DNA of 64,000 bases from Candidatus Gastranaerophilales bacterium (lineage in GTDB: Bacteria > Cyanobacteriota > Vampirovibrionia > Gastranaerophilales > Gastranaerophilaceae). The notes below the pieces were generated by a model, which did not search any database, was not told where the DNA came from, and saw only the letters and a list, made by a program, of their open reading frames with translations. The position numbers and the translations under genes are program-made. The stretch covers positions 32,305 through 96,304 of the forward strand of contig CALVEA010000004.1 in assembly GCA_944326455.1 (NCBI GenBank), written 5' to 3'. Shown here piece by piece: positions 17,828-27,100 of the stretch (position 1 is the first letter of the stretch; each line of letters opens with the position of its first letter).

Positions 17828-18868
17828 CTAGCTTTCAATAGCGATTTTCAAACAAGGCTCCGGTCTTGTTTCAAAAAGCTTGTACCCTTCTTCAATTCTT
17901 TCAAGCGGATAAGTATGCGTGATTAGAAAATCGGTATTAATTTTACCTTCGGATATAAGATTCAAAAGCTTTTTCGAATGGATTCCGTCTACTCCTCCTG
18001 TTTTAAAGATAAGATTTTTACCGTACATTTGAGGAAGCGGAAGGATTTGATTTTCTTCATACATTGCAACAACTGCAATAATCCCGTTAGGGCGGGCGAT
18101 TTTCCAAGCCGTTTCAAAAGTGTTTTTGCCCCCTGCAGCTTCTATGACTTTGTCAGCACCTCTGTTTGATGTTATAGATTTAATCTCTTCTTCTATATTG
18201 CAATTAAGCGGATTAATCGTATAATCGGCAAGGTTCCGTTCTTGTGCTAAATTAAGCCTTACTGGGTTGGTATCAATTGCGATAATTCTCTCTGCTCCTA
18301 AAATTCTGGCACATATCATGGAGCATAGCCCGACAGGTCCGGAGCCGATTACTGCAACAGTATCGCCGGAAGTTACTTCGCAGAGTTCTGCTCCAAAATA
18401 GCCGCTTGCGAGAATATCTCCGACAAAGAGTGCATTTTTGTAGCTAAGATTGTCGGGGATTCCGGTTAAACCGTTGTCTGCATAAGGAACTCTGATATAT
18501 TCTGCCTGACATCCGTCTATAGAACAGCCCAGCAGCCATCCGCCTTTTTCGCAATTATTAATAAATCCTCGTTTGCAAAAGTAACATTCTCCGCAAAAGG
18601 TTTCACAATTCGCACTTACCCTGTCGCCGATTTTTAAGTTTGTGACCTCATTTCCAATTTCGACAACTTCTCCCACAAATTCATGTCCCAGTGTAACCCC
18701 TTCATGTGAAGCCGGTACAAAACCGTTTTTTATATGCAGGTCGCTGGTGCAAATACTTGATAAGGTTACTTTTACGATTGCATCTTTAGGGTCAATAATT
18801 TTCGGAAAGGGTTTTTCCGAAAGTTCTACAGTTTTTTCTGATTTGCTTTTCCAGATAAGAGCTTTCAT
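17828..18868 (-). CDS. Zn-dependent alcohol dehydrogenase (MDR family)
   Basis: ICTSDLH, GHEFVG, structural Zn CGECYFCKRGFINNC, GSGPVG. Confidence 0.92.
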   Translation of the reverse strand: MKALIWKSKSEKTVELSEKPFPKIIDPKDAIVKVTLSSICTSDLHIKNGFVPASHEGVTLGHEFVGEVVEIGNEVTNLKIGDRVSANCETFCGECYFCKRGFINNCEKGGWLLGCSIDGCQAEYIRVPYADNGLTGIPDNLSYKNALFVGDILASGYFGAELCEVTSGDTVAVIGSGPVGLCSMICARILGAERIIAIDTNPVRLNLAQERNLADYTINPLNCNIEEEIKSITSNRGADKVIEAAGGKNTFETAWKIARPNGIIAVVAMYEENQILPLPQMYGKNLIFKTGGVDGIHSKKLLNLISEGKINTDFLITHTYPLERIEEGYKLFETRPEPCLKIAIES

Positions 18869-18961
18869 AATTTTATTATACCATTAATGAACAAATTTAC
18901 TTTTCTGTCGTTAATATTATGTATGGTATGATTATATATGTAGTGAGAAGGAGAAAATTTT

Positions 18962-19714
18962 ATGAAAAAGACATTAATAGCTATTACTGTACTAAGCTTA
19001 TTTGCCGGCTGTGCGACACTTTCAAGCCAGGCTGTTACTTTAAACAATCCGGAGAGAGGGTACGTTTCAGTTAACACAACTGCAAATACAGAAGTTGCTC
19101 CTGATGTAGCCGAAATATCCTTTGCGGTTCAGACATCGGATGCTAAATCAATGCAAAAAGCTACAACACAGAACAAGGAAATTTCTGACAAAGTTTTTGC
19201 TCAGTTAAAATCAATGATTGATACAAATAACGGAGATTATATTAAAACTGCTGATTTTAGCGCATCTCCTATTTATACTTACACAAATTCAAAGAAAAAC
19301 TTTGACAGATACGAAGTATCAAACAGAGTAATTGTTCATACAAAATCTATTGATAAAGTAGGGAAAATGATAGACAGTGCCATAGCTGCAGGTGCTACAA
19401 ATGTTGATAACCTTACATTCTCTGTTTCTAATTATGAAGCGCAATGTAATGATTTAATTTCAATAGCATCTGAAAAAGCTCAAAAAAGAGCGGGAGTCAT
19501 CGCGAAAACTCTTTCAACAACGGTTGATGGTGTAAGAACATTTGATGTAAGCTGTAATGCTAACAACTATTCTGCGCCAAGATTCTATATGGCTAAGAAT
19601 ATGTTAGCAGCTGTTGCAGAAGACACTGCTGCTTCTGAAGGAAGTGCAACAACTATATCTAACGGTGTTGTAAAAATCAACGCAAATGTTAATGCAACTT
19701 TCTTTGTAAAATAA
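18962..19714 (+). CDS. SIMPL (DUF541) domain protein, possible lipoprotein
   Basis: EVAPDVAEISFAV, YEVSNRVIV, IDSAIAAGATNVDNLTFSVS; LFAGC lipobox-like signal. Confidence 0.88.
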   Translation: MKKTLIAITVLSLFAGCATLSSQAVTLNNPERGYVSVNTTANTEVAPDVAEISFAVQTSDAKSMQKATTQNKEISDKVFAQLKSMIDTNNGDYIKTADFSASPIYTYTNSKKNFDRYEVSNRVIVHTKSIDKVGKMIDSAIAAGATNVDNLTFSVSNYEAQCNDLISIASEKAQKRAGVIAKTLSTTVDGVRTFDVSCNANNYSAPRFYMAKNMLAAVAEDTAASEGSATTISNGVVKINANVNATFFVK

Positions 19715-19732
19715 CCGGTTGACAGCCAGAAT

Positions 19733-19763
19733 AATGCGAACGGGAATATCTCCCGTTCGCATT
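19733..19763 (+). terminator. Hairpin after SIMPL gene
   Basis: AATGCGAACGGGA-ATATC-TCCCGTTCGCATT, 13-bp stem. Confidence 0.7.
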
Positions 19764-19838
19764 TGGTTTTGTTATATTCCCTTTTGAGCTTCACCAATCA
19801 AAATTGTTTTTTTCTTAAGTTTAGAGTATAAATATAGT

Positions 19839-20702
19839 ATGAAGAAGAGTTTGTTGGGGAGTATAGTTTTAGCTTTATTATTGATGCCGGCAGGCGGTGT
19901 TTTTGCTGCTGTTTCGGACGAAGTTACACTGGATAAAACTGATTTAGAAAAGCCCCAGTATATGAAATCGGAAGACACTACAACCTTGAAAGGTACACTT
20001 CTGATAAATGATTCGGAAACTTTAGCAAATATTATAGAAGAACAGAAAGAACATGACTTAAAAGATTTGGAGAAACTCTGGCAGGGCACTGTAGAGAATA
20101 ACAGAGTCATAGAATTTGCGCTCAAAAAGTTAGCTACCCCCGAATCTCAAAGAAGAATTCATTCGTCATTAATGGCAAAAACACTTTCTGCAATTGTATC
20201 AGGAGCATCTTTTGTTCCGTATTTAATGGGCGCGGACCCTACTCTTTCGACTTCGGCTTTTTCAGCAGGCAGGCTTGCAATGGGACTTCTGAACAGAAAA
20301 AATGTACCGCAGGAAACCCCGCTTACTGATACAGAGCTTATTGAATTAGCAAGTATGGTGGAAGAACTGCAGGATTCTCTGGTCAGTTCTTATTATAACT
20401 ACAAAAATACATTAACTCAGCTAAAAGCTACAAGAGCTAAAATGCTTTTGTACAGCAGAAATTATTCAAAAGCTGCAAACAGTTCTGAAGTTCTTGAACT
20501 TGCCATATCTTCTTCTTTGTATGATTCCATGAGGCTTCAGGAATATAGTCTTGAGCAGTCTGCTAAAAAATACCATATCCAGCTTCAGAGGCTTGCCGGT
20601 AAAAAAGCGGTAGATTCTCTGGATATGTATCAATACGACTTTAATTCTGTATTGTATAAAGATGATACCAAGCTCCCTGAAAAGAAAGGGAAGAAAAAAT
20701 GA
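19839..20702 (+). CDS. Secreted helical protein, paralog A (partial TolC/OEP-like repeat)
   Basis: Signal peptide; aligns with 20699..21589; V-x-x-YY-x-Y...LQRLAG pattern like an outer-membrane efflux repeat. Confidence 0.6.
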   Translation: MKKSLLGSIVLALLLMPAGGVFAAVSDEVTLDKTDLEKPQYMKSEDTTTLKGTLLINDSETLANIIEEQKEHDLKDLEKLWQGTVENNRVIEFALKKLATPESQRRIHSSLMAKTLSAIVSGASFVPYLMGADPTLSTSAFSAGRLAMGLLNRKNVPQETPLTDTELIELASMVEELQDSLVSSYYNYKNTLTQLKATRAKMLLYSRNYSKAANSSEVLELAISSSLYDSMRLQEYSLEQSAKKYHIQLQRLAGKKAVDSLDMYQYDFNSVLYKDDTKLPEKKGKKK

Positions 20703-21589
20703 AGAAATATCTGGCTTTAGCTTTAATATTATTAATAACAATCCAGGGTTCATCAGCTTTAACACTGGATGATGTTAAATCGCCTAAAGATATTTTTTAC
20801 AGAATGGGTACAACAGACACTCCGGAATCCAAATTTGATTATAATATTGAACCGACTATAAAACCATCAATCCAAAAAGAAGAACAAAAAGAGCCTCAAA
20901 ATCTTACTTATGCGGATTTGAGCATAAAAAAAATGTCTCTGGAGATTTCCAAGTCAATTGAGATAGATTATAATGAAATGCAAAGCGACCTCTCTCTTTT
21001 ATGGCAGGGGGCTGCTATGCGGAGCGATACTATTAAATTTGCCATATACAAGCTTTCAAATCCTGATAGAGATAAGCCCGACAGCGGAGCGGTAAAAAAA
21101 GTCCTTACAACGATTGCCGGAATGTCAACTTTTATCGGTGCCGGCATGGGGAACCCTGTTCTTGCAAGTGCTGCTCTTATCGGGGGGAATACTTTAGGTA
21201 TAATGTCGCAGGATGCAAAAGCTTTAAATTATAAGTATTCTCAAGTAACAGATGCGGATATGATTATACTTGTAAGAAAAGTTGAGGATTTGCAGCAAAA
21301 AGTTGTTGATATGTATTATGATTATATGACGGCTCGACAGCTTTATGATATGACAACAGAAACGGTTGAGAAATGTTATAAGAATTATCAAAATTCACAA
21401 AAACTATCAAAAGAGGTTATTCTGATAACCGATACTTTTTACCGTGATGCTCTGGATGAGCAGCAAAAGGCTCGCGGGCAGTTCTTTGAAAAACGATCAA
21501 GGCTTGAACAATTAGTCGGCAGCGATGTTTTTAGAGATTTTGAGGCAGCTGTCGATAAAAGAACCGGAAAAAGTACTGAAAATGGTTGA
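20699..21589 (+). CDS. Secreted helical protein, paralog B (partial TolC/OEP-like repeat)
   Basis: Signal peptide; DLxxLWQG, IxFAxxKLxxP, TDxxxIxL, VExLQ, YYxY, LxxLxG shared with paralog A; 4-nt overlap. Confidence 0.6.
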   Translation: MKKYLALALILLITIQGSSALTLDDVKSPKDIFYRMGTTDTPESKFDYNIEPTIKPSIQKEEQKEPQNLTYADLSIKKMSLEISKSIEIDYNEMQSDLSLLWQGAAMRSDTIKFAIYKLSNPDRDKPDSGAVKKVLTTIAGMSTFIGAGMGNPVLASAALIGGNTLGIMSQDAKALNYKYSQVTDADMIILVRKVEDLQQKVVDMYYDYMTARQLYDMTTETVEKCYKNYQNSQKLSKEVILITDTFYRDALDEQQKARGQFFEKRSRLEQLVGSDVFRDFEAAVDKRTGKSTENG

Positions 21590-21660
21590 TTTTCAGGTGT
21601 GAAATCTTTACTTTTCCGCTCAAATATGATACTTATAGATTATTATTAGAAGGAAGAGTA

Positions 21661-23331
21661 ATGTTTGAGAAGAACATGGAGTTCATAGACAATCTGGCGC
21701 TGAAAAGGCGGCTTACCAGAAGGTCCCCGGGGCAGTCTCGTGCCGGAATTTCTTATTGCGTAACTCCTTCAAATGACTATATACTGCTCAAAAATGATAT
21801 TCCTTCTGATGATTTGAATAACCCTCGTGCAGCTGTCCGCGAGATGCTTAAGAGTACAATTAAGCATGAAATGAAAAGTAATGATATTATTATTACTTTC
21901 GGTATTGGTTTGGGTTACTTGTTAGATGAAGTTTTTAATACCTATCCTTCAAGAATTTTTGTTTATGAACCTGATGTAGATTTTTTGCATTTTGTTCTTC
22001 ATAATATTGATATTTCTCAACACCTGGCAAGCGGCAGAGTTTATATCACAAATGATTTGGATGAATTGCTTTATAAGCTTAATTCGATTTTTCTAACAAA
22101 AGACAGGGTTGAAATTGTTTATCTTAAAAATTACGCAATCGCTAAAAATAAAGAATTACTTTTGCTTACCCAAAAAGTATATGATACCTGTAAGAGCAAA
22201 ATGGTTGATGTAAATACTATTACCAAGTTTTCTAAAATATGGCTTGTTGATACTGTTCAAAATATTGCAGCAATTAACAGTACAAATATGTATAAGCTTT
22301 CAGATTTGGAAGGAAAATTTTCCGGACAGACTGCTTTGATTGCCGGTGCAGGACCTTCTCTGAGAGATAATATAAAATATATCCAAGAGAACAGAAATCA
22401 TTTTATTATATTTGGAGTTAACAAGGCTCTCAAATATCTTCTCCAAAACGGGATTGTTCCTGATTTTGTAGTGTGCCTGGATGCTTATAATATGGAACAA
22501 ACTATTGGCGGTACAGAAGAACAGCTTGCACGTGTAAATTGTATTATGGATATAAGGGCTGATCGTACAATTGTGAAGCGCGGTTTCAATAGAATTTTTG
22601 TTAATTTTTCTAACACGGATTCTATAATGAATAAATTGGCAAATTTCAATAATGATATCAAATTTTATGAATCGGGCGGTTCTGCAACTACATTAGCATT
22701 AACTTCCGCAATAAAAATGGGTTTCTCAAAGATTGTGCTTGCAGGATTGGATTTGGCTTTCAAAGACAATGTTGTGTATTCATCCGGTGAAACACTAAAT
22801 AGGGTTTCTCCTGATGAGATTATGGTTGATTCTGTTAAAAAGCATCTCGTGCGTGTTAAATCTGTTAACGGCGGTTTTGTTTATACAAGAGAAGATTACG
22901 AGGTCTTTATTCACCATATTGAAGGTATTTTGCGCGAGGCTGATTATAAAGAGGTCTATAATATAAGTTCATTTGGAGCAAGTATAGACGGGGTGAAAAA
23001 TGTTTCTTTTGATAAACTTAATCTGACAGGGAATTCTAACTCTTACCCGGCTGAACAAGTCTTACCGTTTAAAATTGAATTGAAATCTTTTATGCAGGAT
23101 GAATTCCGCCATATAAATGATGTTATTTCTCTTCTTTCAAGAGGAGTGTTTTCAACCGCTCTGGTCTCTTCAATTGTTAAATCAGTGCTTGTATATCAAT
23201 GTATGCAGGCTGATATCTTGGATGTTCTGCAGAAAAATTTAGACTCATCGTTAGCGGAAGATTTTATCGAAAAGACAAAAGTTGCAATCAAAAAGGTTGT
23301 AGATCTCCTGCAAAGGAGCAAGCTTATTTAA
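21661..23331 (+). CDS. Motility-associated factor (MAF/DUF115) glycosyltransferase-like protein
   Basis: IAGAGPSL, PDFVVCLD, GGSATTLA, IVLAGLDLAF motifs; start moved to ATG 21661 after GGAAGAG. Confidence 0.85.
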   Translation: MFEKNMEFIDNLALKRRLTRRSPGQSRAGISYCVTPSNDYILLKNDIPSDDLNNPRAAVREMLKSTIKHEMKSNDIIITFGIGLGYLLDEVFNTYPSRIFVYEPDVDFLHFVLHNIDISQHLASGRVYITNDLDELLYKLNSIFLTKDRVEIVYLKNYAIAKNKELLLLTQKVYDTCKSKMVDVNTITKFSKIWLVDTVQNIAAINSTNMYKLSDLEGKFSGQTALIAGAGPSLRDNIKYIQENRNHFIIFGVNKALKYLLQNGIVPDFVVCLDAYNMEQTIGGTEEQLARVNCIMDIRADRTIVKRGFNRIFVNFSNTDSIMNKLANFNNDIKFYESGGSATTLALTSAIKMGFSKIVLAGLDLAFKDNVVYSSGETLNRVSPDEIMVDSVKKHLVRVKSVNGGFVYTREDYEVFIHHIEGILREADYKEVYNISSFGASIDGVKNVSFDKLNLTGNSNSYPAEQVLPFKIELKSFMQDEFRHINDVISLLSRGVFSTALVSSIVKSVLVYQCMQADILDVLQKNLDSSLAEDFIEKTKVAIKKVVDLLQRSKLI

Positions 23332-24152
23332 TGTATCATATAAAGAGCATTACTACCCAGAACCTTGTCTTTTAAGCGCTTAAATCCTTTTCCATAAATG
23401 TATTTCATTTGTTCAACAAGATTTTCTTCAACATCAATTAAGTACATGTCATGTACAATAAACTCTTTTATTATAAAAACAATACTTTTATTTTGTGTCC
23501 ATATAATATTTGTGTCTGTAGAATCGTTTTTATAGGAGGATATTTTGCCGATAACGCCTTCTGAATCGTCTGCCGCTATTATTACCATTCTTCCGCCCAA
23601 AGACATTTCAATATCTCTTGCAAAGGCATGTTCAAATACAAGACCGAATTTGGATGAAAAATTGTCATAACCGACAATTCTGATTTCAACATTTCGATTA
23701 TAAGCGTTTAAAAGTTCTTGTTCAAAAAGCTTAAAATCTTGCGACCAAACTTCTATATAAATTTCGCGTTTTGCGTTTTGTATAACTTCAAGAATTTTGT
23801 TTTGGATTTTTTGTTTGCCGGTAATGGTAACAATAGGCTCATTGTAATTATCTTTTACTTCCGGCAGGTGTTTTTCAAGATAATTTAATGTAGAAGACAT
23901 TTTCCTTTGATAACTAGTCAGGATTTGCTTTGGTTTGACCGGGGTATATGTAGCGGGTTTTGTATTTGTTGAAGCAACAATATTCTTTTCCTCAAGAATT
24001 TTTAGTGTGTCATAAGTTCTTGATTGAGGAATATTGGCAAGCTTAGAAACTTCATAACCCGTTGCAGGATATTTTTTTAGAAGTGCAATATAAACCTTTG
24101 CTTCATAGGTGTTGAACCCAATTTCTTTCAGCTTTTCTACTAAATCTGCCAT
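23328..24152 (-). CDS. TrmB-family transcriptional regulator
   Basis: LKEIGFNTYEAKVYIALL...IPQSRTYDTLKILEEK winged HTH and C-terminal effector domain. Confidence 0.9.
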   Translation of the reverse strand: MADLVEKLKEIGFNTYEAKVYIALLKKYPATGYEVSKLANIPQSRTYDTLKILEEKNIVASTNTKPATYTPVKPKQILTSYQRKMSSTLNYLEKHLPEVKDNYNEPIVTITGKQKIQNKILEVIQNAKREIYIEVWSQDFKLFEQELLNAYNRNVEIRIVGYDNFSSKFGLVFEHAFARDIEMSLGGRMVIIAADDSEGVIGKISSYKNDSTDTNIIWTQNKSIVFIIKEFIVHDMYLIDVEENLVEQMKYIYGKGFKRLKDKVLGSNALYMIH

Positions 24153-24169
24153 ATATAAATTTTATCAGA

Positions 24170-27100
24170 TTATTCTTCCGGTTGCAAATTAATTAGACTG
24201 GTTTTGTAGTCTATCAGCTGTTTGAATTTTTCAGTGATGATATCTCTCTGTTTATTAGCACTTGAGTTTTCATTCAACATAATATGGTTAATCAAATTGA
24301 TTACGGCAGTATTTGCTGCAAAAATACTATTAGCAGTAGAAATATGGCTTTGAACTTTTTCGGCAATAATTGTTTTTGCTTTTACTACCAATGAGTCAAA
24401 CAAGATTTTTCTGTCTGCATTCGGATTCTGTATACAGTTGTTTTTGATAAGGTCAAAGACATTTAAGAGCGGTTCAACATCGTTCTTGTCAAGATTGTAT
24501 TTTTTTCCAATGCTGCATATTTCTTTTTTAGTATTATCAATTACTGATATATAATCGGCATGGACTATATCTTCTCGGGTTTTTCTTAACAATTCATCAG
24601 TTTCACGGACGAAATGCTTGAAATTGCTGAGTATAGAATGTACATTTTTAATCATATCTATCAGACCATCGAAATCCATATTTTCTGCCATATATTCAAT
24701 ATATTTTTCACCGAGTCCGAAACGTTCTATAAGCATTAATGCTGTTTCTTGCTGGTTATTATGCATTAATCTGTGAATCATTTGGGCAATAACCATTCCT
24801 GAACTCATCGGTACATCAACTCCTTGTATATCAAGGCTGTAGTTCCCAAACATTGTTTTTGCACTCATTTCAATTCCTTCGGCAGCAGCGTTCATAAGAA
24901 TCTCCTGAACATCAGCCATCTGCGCGTATTGTAGAGCTTTTGTCAGCAATGCTTTATAGACATGAGCAATATTCTTTGTGTTAGAGTCTTTGGTCTCTGA
25001 GAGGATGTAAGACTTCAAAAGTTCTTTAGGGTTGTTTAGAATATGGTATTTAATATAACTATCATATATTTCATCCTGAATATTTCCGGCTTTTGTAGGA
25101 TTATTATGAGTAAGTTCGTGTACATATTTATTGCAAAGAGATATTAAATTGTTTCTGTATCTTTCTTGAATAAATATTTTTGAAAACTCAGAAATAATTT
25201 CGGTTAATTGTTTTCTATGTTCTTCCTGAAGCTGTACGATGTCTTCTGCGGAGGTTGTTTTTTCAAAAGTCTGTATAAGATTTACAATTTCTGTAATATG
25301 CGGACGGTATTCTTTAAAAGAACTTCCTTCCGGAATTTCCATTGCTCTTTCTGCTGCTTCAAAAGCTTGAGTAACAGAGTTATCATTGTAGTTTAGTGTA
25401 ATGAATTCGCCCAGAAGCATATTAAGGCTGTTAAATTTTTCACTTTCAATAATTGTATCATCTTTAAATTTGTTCAAATAATCGCTTAATTTGTGTGAAA
25501 TTTCATAGTTCCTAAGCTGTTCTTTGCTGCTTTTAATTATATTCTGAAACTCTGTTATATTTTCCATAAAAGAATTAAACTCAAGACCAATATCCTCTTC
25601 TTCCAAGTAGTCAAATTTAGGGTATGCAGGATAAGCGCCATATTTAATGATATTAGAACTTTTGTATTTGTTGAAAAGTTTAGGCAGCATCAGATATGAT
25701 AAATCCATTGCCATATCCCTGTATATTGAACTTAAATTATGATTAACGAGAACTTTGTCATCTCTTGTTAATTTGTTATATGTATAAGTAAGTTTATAAC
25801 TTTCTTGCCCGTAGTCCGGTGAAAAATTGTCATAATAAATCGTGTTCATGAAAGCGGTTTCTGCTTTTTCCTCATATCTTTTTAATTTTTTTAATATATC
25901 GTAACCGGTGTTATTTTTTATACCCAAATCTTCAGGCTTAATTTTTGGGAGAATTTCTCTTTTGAATTCTTCATTTGTCATATCCTGGATTTTTCGGTAT
26001 ATACGGACAAATTCTGTATCATTTTCCGGGTCAAATTCTCGGTCGATGAATTTTACTAAATGTGAAATCTTTTTATTAGATAGGTCAGATTTATTGAAAT
26101 AAATTTTGCTTGTAAAATAGTTATTAAAGAATTTTAGAATTTCTTTCTTAGCGTTTTCGTTGTCTATAATTTTATTCAAATCATCTTCTATAGAGCTGAG
26201 TAAAAGATTTATGGTTGTTTGTGCGCTTCCGTCAAATTCATCCAAATCAAAGGAAAAACTTGAGCCTATAAGACTCTTTTGCTCCTCTGTGAGGTTGAGA
26301 TTCAATTTTTCTAATAAGTTGTCCAGCTCTTCGCTCTCTTTTTCACGGAAAGAATCTGTTACAAAATCAACAACATTCAAATCTTTAGAAAATGCGTACT
26401 TAAACCCGTTTAGAGCCCGGTTTTTCTGTGCAGATCTAAATTTGCCTAAATCTTTGATGTTGCGGACTTTTGCAAGCTCAGGTTCAAGCCCTTTAAGCTG
26501 ATAATTTTGTTTTAATGCAATTTTTTCCAGAACAACTTTTAAATAGTCGTCATCGGCAAGTTTATTATAATCTTCTTCAGTTTCAAGTTTTGGCGCAAAA
26601 GGTGAGTATAATCTTTTTTGTAAATCTTGATGGGTTCTTTTCCACCCTGTGCCTGCCGTTTCGGCTGTTTTAATCAGTTCTTTTGCTTCCTCTGATGTAT
26701 ATTTAGAAGAGAAATTCCCCAGATTGTTTATATATGCAGAAGACGGAACAAAAACAGCATCATGAATTTCAGCCGCTGTATGTTTAGCCTCTGGAGAGTC
26801 ACCCTGCAATATTATTGAACCGACCTGAGGGGCTTTATATTTTATGTCTCTTATAGGTTTTAACTTTTTATATGTTTTGCTTTTAGTGAGGTCCTCTTCT
26901 TCTTCGACTACCATATCTCCCAGAATCCTTTCAACAAGGTTTCCGTTTTGGAATTTTTCATTTGTTATATAGCCGAGGGTTCCGCCTCTTCGATCACTGT
27001 AATCTGTTCTTGTTAAACCTTTGGAATCAATCCAAGTATTTTCCATTTCAGCTGCACCCCAAGTATTATCATGGAAAAGGACATCCTTTACTTCTTCTCC

